From Octopus bimaculoides (taxonomy: Eukaryota), in assembly GCF_001194135.2 (NCBI RefSeq), contig NC_068998.1, positions 17,640,290 through 17,689,776 of the forward strand: DNA of 49,487 nt, given 5' to 3'. The position numbers and the translations under genes are program-made. Positions within the stretch are counted from its first letter, which is position 1, and every line of letters begins with the position of its first letter. The notes beneath the pieces are model-generated. The model saw nothing but the letters and a program-made list of their open reading frames with translations, was not told the origin of the DNA and ran no database searches. Below are positions 35,836-47,292 of this stretch, one piece after another.

Positions 35836-37288
35836 CAAATAGTTTTCTAAATATTTACTGAATGTCTGTTTCACAGTAATAATAGACAAGTGAATGATTT
35901 AACAGTCTAAAGTTGTTTTCATGCAGTTAATGAAGTTTCTTTTGAAGTTACATTTTTTATTTATTTATCTATTTTAGTAGTGGGGGTGTTTTTAAGAACT
36001 ATAAATTCCCACATTTTATTTATCTTATCTCTATCTTGCTCTTTTGGTCTTCTTTGGCGAGCTAGCAAAAGTATTTAAATGTCGTTTCTTGTTCCAGTTC
36101 TTAATGTAAATTAATTTTAGTTCTCTTTGAAGCTTGCTTTCATCCATGAATTCGCGGCTTGCTCCGGTTTTCTTTACAGTATATGTTCAGTCTAAAACTT
36201 TCGCTTCTATTATTTATCCTGTCTAAAACGGACTACATATTTCAAGTTATTGATGTTTTTTTTCCTCTTGCATTCATGACGTTTTGTCTTGTATTTTCTT
36301 TGAACATAAATTTAATCTATGGTAAATTGCTGTGTATGGTATGTTAGTATACATCATAAATTATGTATGGTTAGTTGACTACTTCACAGATTAATTCTTC
36401 CATTATTAAAAGACAGCTCTCACTTCTCAAGTTTTTCTTCGTTATTAAAAAGTAGCTTATAATAAAAGACTATAAATCTAATCGTTGTAGTGGCACACTA
36501 ACAACATTTAATGTGGCTAAGTGCGTGCGTGTTTTCGTTTAAACGTGTGTTTGGTTTATCTCATTCTTTTCTAAAATAATCTTATCTGATAACAGTTTCG
36601 CCGATAACTAAAAATATTTCTTTTGTTAATAATTTAGTTTGCTTTTTATTATAAGTTTTTAATTCGCGTGTTATGATAGATTTTTTAGTTTCAGATTCAA
36701 CAAAATTTCTAGATCATGGTTTCGATTTTTTCTCGATGATGAATCAATGTCTTACATCAATACAAAGTGTAACAAAATATTCACAAGAAAGATATTTCTT
36801 TTATTCAAAACGTTCTACGAATTAGAAATAACAGTGGAAAATGCTTTGTTAAAATTTTTCAGTTAACAGCATGGGTGGTGTCTATTCTTTTTGAAAATAT
36901 GGGGCCCTGTTTTCTCTAATGAGTATGTACAGACTTTTAAAAGTGCCTAAACTGAGCAAGTATCCAGAAGTCCTTACTTGATAGGGCTACCATATAACGA
37001 GCAATTCGAAAGTGTACTTTCGATATTTAAACAAAGGTCTCAGACAGTCATTTTCGTATGAGCTCTGACGCATTGTAGTCACGCTCTGGATATTCAACCC
37101 AGGATATTATGAATAAAGAAATTGAAAAATTAAAGAGATCAGCACATTTTCAAAAGCAACGAACAGCACTCTGGAACAAAATGTTCCGCTTTGTGTTATT
37201 TTTAATTTGTTTCACGAGTAAAGTTTTTTGTTTCATTTTGTCTGTTTATAATTTAGTAACTAACATTTTGAAACATCTCTTTTCTCAG

Positions 37289-37423
37289 GTCCATGCTTTC
37301 ATGAATGGAACATTTTCTGAATTGGTTACAGCTGCATTCGACCCTGTTTTCCAGCTTCATCATGCATTCGTAGATAAAACTCTGGAAATTTGGATCAGAG
37401 AAAACCAACCAGCTTACTCAGAG
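37289..37423 (+). CDS. Exon 3 of tyrosinase/TRP family gene (metal site B)
   Basis: Acceptor TTTTCTCAG|GTC. Encodes VHAFMNGTFSELVTAAFDPVFQLHHAFVDKTLEIWIRENQPAYSE, continuing HNQ|VH in frame. Donor GAG|GTAAGT, phase 0. Confidence 0.95.
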
Positions 37424-37547
37424 GTAAGTGTAATATGTTAAAATTATAAGAGAGTTGCAGAAATATTGTTTCGATTCCTAGCTGAAATATTATTTTCTCG
37501 AAGCAAAGATAGAAACACATTTAAATTTTTCTCTACTTCAAAAAAAA

Positions 37548-37750
<203 letters not shown>

Positions 37751-37974
37751 AAATAGCGCTTGCTGGGAAACTTGCCAAAAAGACTTCAACTATAGCATAT
37801 ACATTAAGAAGCAATTACTAAGTGGTCACATATGAGACACGACATCATGTAAAATAAATAATGTAAATATCTCACATGGGATTTCATAAGGGGCTATTTC
37901 TGGTTTGGGCTGGAAGAAAGATAACTCTCCCAACATGCATCCTCATGGAGTATGCTATCTGTGAAAATGTTGGT

Positions 37975-38260
37975 TATGGGTGTGTGGCTTACTGGTTAGG
38001 GGTATTCGGCTCACGATCGTGAGTTCGGTTCCCGGCGGCGCGTTGTGTCTTTACGCAAGACATTTTATTTCACGTTGCTCTGGTTCACCCAGCTGGCAAA
38101 AATGAGTAATTCAAAGAGCCGGCCTTGTCACACTCTGCGTCGTGCTGAATTTCCCTGAGAATATCTTAAGAATATGCGTGTCTGTGGAGTATCCAGCTAT
38201 TTGCACTTTAATTTCCCGAGCCGGCTATTCCGTTCATCAGATCAGCAGGAATTCTCGACG
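37975..38260 (+). mobile_element. tRNA-derived SINE, mosaic (middle module X plus tail T1)
   Basis: Head GTGTGGCTTACTGGTTAGGG...GAGTTCGGTTCCCGG. The middle is shared with 31830-31900. The tail is shared with 42320-42490 and 43705-43930. Confidence 0.75.
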
Positions 38261-39589
38261 TTGTATCATTTGTCTGTAACGGATGACGTTATTGCTTTTA
38301 TGGAGAAAATAGATATAAGTCATACACTAAACCCGTAAGTCAAATTGCTTATAGGCCATTGCTTAATACTTCTAATGTCCTTCACTTCTTCCGTTTTCAC
38401 TCAAGTAACAACTATAGTAGAGCAAATGCATTTAATGAATAGTTCCATTCTATCAAATGTAATATTATACGTTTTAAACATGTAAAATTTCCTCAGAAAC
38501 ATTGTGCTCATATGAGGTACAGCTCCTTCGAATGTACAGCCCCGTGTTTGGTTTAATACTATTCCCAAGACATCCAACTGAAGCTGAATCAATGAACAGC
38601 TATTTGAGTCGTATTCACAAAGCACTTCTTACCTTCTCAGTACACTGGGAATAATTTCGAAAGCAAAAATGCTGGACACCAACAATTATTTATACAGTTA
38701 TATATCTCAATGCCAAATGCCCTCACATGTTTTCTGTATACACTATAAACAATATAAGACGATAATGTTTTAGTCAATCGTGATTTAAATCTTTTGGGTA
38801 AGGTTTCTACATTGTTCGTTATGGAACCAGCTAATTTGATACGCAACAATGTGAACATGGGATCGAGATCCGGTAATCCTCTTTCTATATGTGTCTGTCT
38901 CTGAATCGAATTACATATTTTCACATTGTGGATAACAGTGACATATTTCTATGTTCCCAAACAGCACTGTATACCTAAAACTTCTCAATGTTTTCAAGAG
39001 AAAATCATTTTTATTCAAACTTTTATTGGTTTGAAATTAGCGTCAAAATAATATCCGTATGCAAATCATTTAAAAAAGCCTCAAAAATTGCGACTTTAAA
39101 ACATCTTTCTTCTTGTTCAAGGTCGATTAATTTTGAAAGTATTCTGGCCCCGTGGAGCATGGTGACTGAATTAAAGAATGTTATTTATGGATTTATAATT
39201 TATTTATTTGTTTGTTTGTTTATGCTACAATAAAAAACTCATTAGGTTTTCGTGATCTTCAAAAAGACATCAACAATACTAATTTATGATTTATTGCAGC
39301 TCAGATACACATCATGAGCAAGATATCACTTTCCTTTATGTTTCGATCGGTGTGTAAGAAATAGTGCAAAGGAATTAACTCATAAATTTATAAATAAGTC
39401 CCCACAGACGGAAGCAAGAATGAATAAAACAATGAGAGCAAAAGAACCTGTTGTTCTGAAAAAAAAATCCTGAAGATTATCCGTCAAGTGGTATATAGTA
39501 CAAATTGAATATTTTGTGATATGTCGACAAGATTCTGACATTTTGAACTTTTCATTTATACTATGCACGAAGGCCTCAGGCTGACAGAA

Positions 39590-39920
39590 TAGTTTGCATG
39601 TCGGTCAAAATGCTTAGCTATACTTCTTTCGGATCTTTACATTCCGAGTTCAAATTCTGCTGAGGTCGATATTGCTTTTTATCCTTTCGGAGTCGATAAA
39701 ATAAGTACGAGTTGAGCACTGAGCTCGATACAATCTGCTCTAAATTTGCTGGTCTTCTACCAAAATTTAAAACCATTATCATTATGCTGAAATTCCGCCA
39801 AGGCCAACTTAGCTTTCATCCTTTTGGATCGATAAAATGAAGTACCAGTCTAGTACTGGAGGTTGATATAAACGACTTACCCCTCCCCCTAAATTCTTGG
39901 CCTTGTGCTAAAATTTGAAA
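39590..39920 (+). mobile_element. Two SINE family A copies in tandem
   Basis: Degenerate full copy at about 39590-39775, then a 3' half at about 39790-39920. Confidence 0.8.
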
Positions 39921-40025
39921 CTATTTATCCCATGCACGTCTTGTTTATGCAAACGGGTGCATAATTGTGAAATTTAAATATTGCAACCCCTTGATTTGTA
40001 GGGCACCATTTTAATGCTTCGTATA

Positions 40026-40192
40026 TCAGGTGGTGCTGAAAAGTTTCTGGCTTTAAGGTTATCACGAGAGGCCTAGGACCGCTACAATATATGTGTGAAT
40101 CTGAGATAGGAATATGTTGAATAAAATCATAATTAACTGATCATCTTGTATTTTCTTTTACCTAAAGCCAGGAGCTTTTAAACGACCCCTCG
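40026..40192. mobile_element. Mariner-derived MITE with about 32-bp imperfect TIRs
   Basis: TA|TCAGGTGGTGCTGAAAAGTTTCTGGCTTTAAGG ... CCTAAAGCCAGGAGCTTTTAAACGACCCCTCG|TA. Confidence 0.75.
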
Positions 40193-40718
40193 TATGATGT
40201 AATATATCATATCTAATGCAGACCAAGCATCTTGAAACTACAATCGTATGAGCATTGTACTCAGCACAACGAAGTAATGAGAATTCCATCAGTTATTCAG
40301 TGTATTCGTTACATACGTTGCTAACCTTTATCTATTCACGTATGTAACCACGTACGCATATCTAATGATGAAAAACAGTCAGCCTTTTTACAGTTTTAAT
40401 GCAGAGCCGTTAGAGTAGAGGTTAAATTTAACAAGTGCATTTTGTGTGTTTTTCTATTATAGGGCAACAGGATAAAAACTAAGGTTATTATTTAAAGAAA
40501 TTTCCTAAATATTTACCAGATGTAGTTTGTTTTTGTTTTTGGTTTTGGTGGGGAGAGGGTCTTTTGCATGTTTGTGTGTGGGTTTTTCTTTTAACCACAA
40601 ACATTTTATACTTCTGTGGCTATCATCAACGCCGTCAAAAACAAAATATTCACCACATAATATTAAAGTTTCTATATAAGTTTTAAAATTTTATGCAACT
40701 GTTTCTCTTTTTTGACAG

Positions 40719-40863
40719 CTGCCAGTATTTGAAGCCCCGCCGGGTCACGGTAGAATGGCCAACATGGTGCCGTTCTTTCCAGTAGAAAAGAACTTCATGA
40801 TGTTTGCTCACTCACACGCTCTTGGCTACGACTATGACGATTTGGTTGTAGAAGATGTACCGA
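40719..40863 (+). CDS. Exon 4 of tyrosinase/TRP family gene
   Basis: Too short for the ORF track; translated by hand. Acceptor TTTTTGACAG|CTG. Encodes LPVFEAPPGHGRMANMVPFFPVEKNFMMFAHSHALGYDYDDLVVEDVP, matching the family motif AP.GH.R..NMVPF.P...LGY.Y. Donor A|GTAAGT, phase 1. Confidence 0.92.
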
Positions 40864-40956
40864 GTAAGTAGCATTCAAGATTTCAATCTTGTTTTGAACC
40901 TCAAACATTTCCTTTCCACTTCCATAAGTCATGATGATACAAATAATGTTATTAAA

Positions 40957-41175
40957 GCGGTGAGCTGGCAGAATCATGAGCATGCTTGACAAAATGCCGT
41001 CTAGCATTTTGTCTGTCTACGTTCTGAGTTCACATTCCGCCGAGGTCGACTTTGCCTTTCATCCTTTCGCAGTCTATAAAATAAGTACCAGTTGAGTACT
41101 GGGGGGGGGGGAGCGATATAATCAACTTATCTTCTGCCTTAAACTTGCTGGCCTTGTGCCAAAATTTGAAATTGG
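40957..41175 (+). mobile_element. SINE family A
   Basis: Full-length copy starting about 95 nt after the exon 4 donor. Confidence 0.9.
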
Positions 41176-41721
41176 TATTTGTTATGTTATTTTTACAGAG
41201 GATGAGGAGTTTAAACACGGTATAAATCAGACGAAAACCCTTATTATAGTTTCGTGGCTGTGTGATTAAGAAGTTCGTTTCACAACCACTTGGTTTTGGG
41301 TTTAGTCCTACTGGGCAAGTGCCTCTTCTACAATATCCCCCGACCGACTAATGCCAGGTGAACAGAGGTAAAAATGCCATCTCAGTGGCATTTTACCCTG
41401 TTCTCTGGCTTGTCTAAATTAGCCGACTTTATAATAAATGTGATGAACACCTAGTCTTGCTTTCACATAAAAAAATAGCAGAATAGAGCTTCTTTTTTTT
41501 ACAGGCTGAGTATACGAAAGCAAAACACTATTTTCTATCCATAAACAAATTCGAATGTTTACCGTTAAAACAAAAAGAAGTAACAGAATTAATCCATTGT
41601 TTTACTCTGTCTAGCTTAGAAATATGTAAAATATAGATATATTTAAAGAAAACCTCCTTTGTATACCGTAGTTTATGATAAGATCACTCACGGACGTGGC
41701 ATTAGTGTGGCTATTACTTAA

Positions 41722-41925
41722 GGTGGCGAACTGACAGAATCATTAGCACGCCAGGCAAAATGCTTGGCGGCATTTCGTCCATCTTTATGTTCTAAGTTCA
41801 AATTCTGCTTAGGTCGATGTTCATCCTTTCTGGATCGATAACATAAGTACCAGTTGAACAGTGGGGTCGATGTAATCGATTTAGCCCCTCCCCTAAACCT
41901 GCTGACCTTGTGCCAAAATATGAAA
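41722..41925 (+). mobile_element. SINE family A
   Basis: GGTGGCGAACTGACAGAATCATTAGCACGCC...GACCTTGTGCCAAAATATGAAACC. Confidence 0.85.
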
Positions 41926-42314
41926 CCATTACTATGGCTACTACTATCAGAACAGATGTTGGTAAAACCTGAGATCGATTATGAACGGAACTGTTCCTTC
42001 CCTTCTTAATAAAGCAAATTTTCTTAACGGAAAGAGTATTGTCGAATGTTTTGATTATAGGGTTACTAATTTCAAGAAGGATAAATTCGACACCTCCTCA
42101 ATTTAAAGTCAAACCCAAGAGAAAGAAAACTAGTGTTGGGGTTATCTTCATATGAAGGAGTAAAAAGAAATTACTAAGTCATTAGTATTAGAGCTGAAAA
42201 CAAGAGCAGTAACACACAAAACTAGATGGCTTGTATTTTAAATTCGCCAGTATATGTTCTAAGTGCAAACGCACTTTTCTTTGCAGCACATTTCAAATAA
42301 ATACCATTAATATT

Positions 42315-42700
42315 GTTGTTGGCACTCCGTCGCTTACAACGTCGAGGGTTCCAGTTGATCCGATCAACGGAACAGCCTGCTCGTGAAATTAACGTGCAAG
42401 TGGCTGAGCACTCCACAGACACGTGTACCCTTAACGTAGTTCTCGGGGATATTCAGCGTGACACAGTGTAACAAGGCTGACCCTTTGAATTACAGGCACA
42501 ACAGAAACAGGAAGTAAGAGTGAGAGAAAGTTGTGGCGAAAGAATACAGCAGGGTTCACCACCATCCCCTGCCGGAGCCTTGTGGAGCTTTACGTGTTTT
42601 CGCTCAATAAACACTCACAACGCCCGGTCTGGGAATCGAAACCGCGATCCTATGACCGCGAGTCCACTGCCCTAACCACTGGGCCATTGCGCCTCCACCA
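42315..42700 (-). mobile_element. tRNA-derived SINE family D (module Y plus tail T1)
   Basis: Reverse head GGAGGCGCAATGGCCCAGTGGTTAGGGCAG...GGTTTCGATTCCCAG, with an (AAC)n-like end. Near-identical to 43705-44148. Confidence 0.85.
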
Positions 42701-42799
42701 TTAATATAATAGTATAGATACAATCTGCTCGAAGCCCACCTTGTCAAAATTTGACTTTGTGTTTTCTCAAACAGAAATACTTTTATACAATATACAAGC

Positions 42800-43580
42800 A
42801 GGACTGTGTGGTTAAGAAGCTCGCCTTACAACCACGTGGTTTCAGGATCATCCCACTGCGAAATACCTTGGGCAAAAGCCTTCCACTATAGTCCCGGGCT
42901 GACCAATGCCTTCATAAACAGAAAATGTGTAGAAGCTTTGTGCGTGTGTGTGTATGTGATCTCGTTTGTATCTATTCTCCAACAGCTTAACAACCGGTAT
43001 TGGTTTATTTTTGTCCCCATTACCAAGCGGTTCATCAAAAAACGACCGATGGAATAAGCACCAGATTTTAAAGAATATTAAGTGATAGAGGTTCATATGT
43101 TCCATTAAACACTTCAAGGCGGTGCCCCAGCATGGCTACTGTTCAATGACTGAATCAAGTAAAATATAATGGCTAATCTAAACTAAAATTTTGTATCTCT
43201 TATCTTTTACTTGTTTCAATCATTAGACTGCGGCCATTCTGGAGCACCACCTTGAAGAAGTTTTGGCCGAAAGAATCAATCCCAGTCCTTTTTTAAGCTC
43301 GGTACTTATTCTATCGGTGCCTTTTGCTGAACCGCTAAGCTGAGGGGACGTAAATACACCAACACCGATTGTCAAGCGGTGGTGGGGGATAAACACATAT
43401 ACAAAGACGCACACACACACACACACATACATATACGACGGGATTCTTTCAGTTTCCGTCTACCAAATCCACTCACAAGGCTTTGGTCGGCACGAAACTA
43501 TAGTAAAAGACATTTGTCCAAGGTGCCGCGCAGTGGGACTGAACCTAAAACCATGCTTCTTACCACACAGCCATGCCCGC
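42800..43580. mobile_element. Tail-to-tail pair of SINE family B copies (42800-43170 +, 43190-43580 -)
   Basis: Both have the 5' module, an internal (TG)n-rich spacer and the 3' module. They converge near 43180. Confidence 0.75.
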
Positions 43581-43704
43581 GCCTATATTTTGATGCGTTG
43601 TAAATGTAATTCTATTTGTACAGAATTACGATTGCTTTTGAAGGAGGACATAAGTCACAAAAGTTTCCATTTAATTTAGAGTTTGGTCTTTAACTTGTGT
43701 TGAA

Positions 43705-44148
43705 TAGTTGTTGGCACTCCGTCGCTTACGACATCGAAGGTNNNNNNNNNNNNNNNNNNNNNNNNNNNNNNNNNNNNNNNNNNNNNNNNNAAGGTTCCAG
43801 TTGATCCGATCAACGGAACAGCCTGCTCGTGAAATTAACGTGCAAGTGGCTGAGCACTCCACAGACACGTGTACCCTTAACGTAGTTCTCGGGGATATTC
43901 AGCATGACACAGAGTGTGACAAGGCTGACCCTTTGAATTACAGGCACAACAGAAACAAGAAGTAAGAGTGAGAGAAAGTTGTGGTGAAAGAGTACAGCAG
44001 GGTTCGCCACCATCCCCTGCCGGAGCCTCGTGAAGCTTTAGGTGTTTTCGCTCAATAAACACTCACAACGCCCGGTCTGGGAATCGAAACCGCGATCCTA
44101 TAACCACAAGTCAACTGCCCTAACCACTGGGCCATTGCGCCTCCACTG
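43705..44148 (-). mobile_element. tRNA-derived SINE family D, second copy (contains a 49-N gap)
   Basis: Near-identical to 42315-42700 along its length. Confidence 0.85.
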
Positions 44149-45089
44149 TTGAATTGTACATGGAATAGAAAGACAATATCTGAATAGATTTCTATTAATT
44201 CACCTTATCTAATGTGTGTGTGGTTACTTACTATTCATCACTAGTATTCATTTTTATGAAAATAGTTCTCGCGACACATATCCCTGACACAATATTGAGG
44301 TCAAATTTGAAGAAGGGGATTTAGTTGGAGTTTAATAAATCTCGACTGACAAGAATGTTATTATCCCTCCGGCTGCTTTTTTTTCTTTTTTTTTTTTAAT
44401 GAAAACGCTACTAAGTATGTCACCTTTCTGATATATAATTAGCGAGATAACAATATGATAAAAAGAATTATCTGCACCATCTGTTGATGAGCTTCATAAA
44501 TATTTTTCTCTTGTGTACTCCGTTATATAACAGAAAAGGCTTCTTGCAAAAAAACAAATGGCCAGACAATATTAAGGAAAATTGAAAATTAAAAGTAGCC
44601 ATTACTTTTGAAGGTTGTCACATGATGGAACAGTTACAAATGTTTGAAGACATTTGAGGATGGGAGTATCACTATAAACTAAGTGTATATTTATAACTGA
44701 TGTGATCGTGTCATATGACTAATATGTACTAGGAATCACTATTACTATCCTCCAGAACCTAAGCAGTTGGCTGGTTAGTTGGTTGGCTGGTTGGTTGGTT
44801 GGTTCGTTCGTTGGTTAGTATAGACCTGGATATATTTTTACTACTTAATACAACGTGGCGAATACGATGGAGTACAAGGTTGGGTAACAGCGAACCGAAT
44901 CTGCGAACCACTTTCAGTCCCCTGTTGTAGCTATTTTCTTTCTCAAATACATCGTTAAATACATCGGGAAAGACATTAATGTCACAACGTCCTAACTACT
45001 CTGTTCTTAAAACCACAGGTTTTCGTGTCTGGTGGAAAGGAACTAGAAATATAAATTGTTAAATTAAGAATTTGAAAACCCCTCAAACA

Positions 45090-45220
45090 TGGCTATGTCG
45101 TAAGAAGTTTGTTTCCCAATCACATGGTTCTGAGTTCAGTCCCGTTCTTGACAAGTGTTTTCTACAATAATCTTGGGCTGATCAAACCCTTGTGGAAGAC
45201 AAAAACTGAAAGATGGCCCA

Positions 45221-45289
<69 letters not shown>

Positions 45290-45494
45290 TGAGTATATNN
45301 NNNNNNNNTGATTAGCGGTATTTCGTCTGCCCTACGTTCTGAGTTCAAATTCCGCCGAGGTCGACTTTGCCTTTCATCCTTTCGGAAACGATTAAATAAA
45401 TACCCGTTACGCACTGGGGTCGATATAATCGACTTAATCCGTTTGTCTGTCCTTGTTTGTCTCCTCTGTGTGTAGCCCCTTGTGGGCAGTAAAG

Positions 45495-45564
<70 letters not shown>

Positions 45565-45800
45565 TGAGTATATGTGTGTGTGTATATGTGCGTATATGTG
45601 TGTTTATATGTGTGTATATGTGTGTGTATATGTGACAGAGAGAACGAGCGTCTCTATGTCTGTGTTTGTGTCCCACCACCGCTTGACTAGGATTTGAAAA
45701 AATTAAGTACAGGTGTCGATTCGTTCGACTAAAATTCTTCAAAGGGTTGTCCCAGCTTGGCTCCTGTCTAATGACTGAAACGAGAAAAAGATAAAAAGAA
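45090..45800 (+). mobile_element. SINE family B with a family A copy (45310-45499) nested in its internal microsatellite
   Basis: Order: B 5' module 45090-45225, (CA)n, short gap, family A copy ending GGGCAGTAAAGAAAT, (CA)n, B 3' module 45665-45800. Confidence 0.7.
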
Positions 45801-45929
45801 CCCGATCCAAGCAATCACTGCTGCTACTGCTACTGTTCGGTTGATAGATTGACACCTCTCAGTCACAACGGATTCTTTCTCTCTCTCCAGAAGCAAATTT
45901 ATACATACATACATACATACATACATATA

Positions 45930-46310
45930 CAGGATGCAATGGGTAAATTGTCACCATTTTATGCGCATTGTTTATTTTTGATTTTGTCAACTATGCAGTA
46001 CGATAGAGTCAGTTGGGCACCTTCTATGAGAAAAACAGCACCATGACACAATTCACTCTGCCAGAAATTTGGAAACGACATGCTGTACTGCTTGGCATTC
46101 GCGCCGGATGCTCCACTACGAACATTTCAGAGTGTTTGGGTGTCAATCTGAGGACAGTGCAGAGGATTCAGAAAAAAGTTGGATGTGTCTAATGGTGATT
46201 ATGAAGGTGCAACAGCTCGGAAATCTTGTTCTGATCGTTCTGATAAGAAAAGTACTCCTGAATTTGTTGGTGAAATCCAGGCCATGATTGACAACGATCC
46301 CTCCAAGATA
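45930..46310 (+). mobile_element. maT-like transposon 5' end (TIR and N-terminal DNA-binding region)
   Basis: TA|CAGGATGCAATGGGTAAATTGTCACC resembles the reverse complement of the end at 10556-10583. ATG 46043 begins MTQFTLPEIWKRHAVLLGIRAG, with ...LGVNLRTVQRIQKKL in a shifted frame. Confidence 0.65.
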
Positions 46311-47056
46311 GACGCGGAGGTGACAGTAGTAGTGGTGGTGGTAGTGGTGGTGGTGGTGGTGGTGGTAGCCGAGGCGATCAGGGATGACGTTGATAGTAAG
46401 CGATGTGAAAGACAGTGGTGATGATGGTGGAGGGGAAGGAGGCGAAGTCAAAGGTATTGATGGTGGTGGCGTCAGATGTCTGAATGATGTGTGTATGGCA
46501 GTTGTGATGGCGAAGGTGGTGGTACTGGTGATGGTGATGGTTGAATACAATCAACATAAAGAGAGAGAGAGAGAAAGAAAGAGATTAGATAGAAAATAAT
46601 CGTACTGATCTCCGAATGGGAAGACAAACAGTGTTGTTTATCATGCAGTTTTGCAATAGTTCCAAGTCGACAAATTACATCATTGTTTTGATGAAAATTG
46701 TTCATTGCTTGAGAAATATTAGTCTAATAAAATTTAATATGTACTCAATGCATGAAGTGTAATTGTTGGGTCTAAGGTCCAATGAAGTGCCGTCCACAGG
46801 AACTAGTATTATATTATATATGCAATTATTTCGTATATATACTGTGTGTGTGTGTGTGTGTGTAAGAGTAATCACCTGTCATCTATTTTCTGTTGTCTGC
46901 CAGGTTCTCTGAACGAGTGTAGGAAGCCATATTTTTGTTTCATACAAAAGTTTTAATACAATATTTATCAGATGAACATAGGTAGAAAAAGGAATGCGTT
47001 TTCTTCATTTTAACTTATTTTAACTTTTTTCTTTCGTTTTTTTTTTTTTTTTGCAG

Positions 47057-47292
47057 AAACTTCGCTCAGTCCAGTTTGGATTATTGTTATTGTCGAAGCT
47101 GGTCTTTTACTGCTTCTGCTGGCAATCATCATCGAATTGGCACGCACACGTAATCACCGTTCCCAAGCAAGACAACTGAGTTCCACGTCCGTGCATAACA
47201 ACGTCACCGCTGACACAGCTGATGAAGAACAACCAATATTCCAACCAGGAAACCCAACTTACAGAACCTATAATGCTGCCGAGAATTCATAG
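47057..47292 (+). CDS. Exon 5 (terminal) of tyrosinase/TRP family gene: TM helix and cytoplasmic tail
   Basis: Long poly-T tract then TTGCAG|AA; phase 1 fits exon 4. Encodes KTSLSPVWIIVIVEAGLLLLLLAIIIELARTRNHRSQARQLSSTSVHNNVTADTADEEQPIFQPGNPTYRTYNAAENS, ending at TAG 47290-47292. The 541-aa total matches vertebrate family members. Confidence 0.88.

Noticed and set aside
37289-37423. Hemocyanin functional unit, suggested by AAFDPVFQLHH
   Set aside because: The gene has a single catalytic domain, no C-x-H thioether motif, and has the TYRP-type Cys-rich domain, NMVPF/LGYxY motifs and a TM helix.
42620-42700. Possible tRNA gene on the minus strand (also 44070-44148 and 31890-31965)
   Set aside because: A and B boxes are present, but each runs into a long repeat body shared by dispersed copies. 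These are SINE heads.
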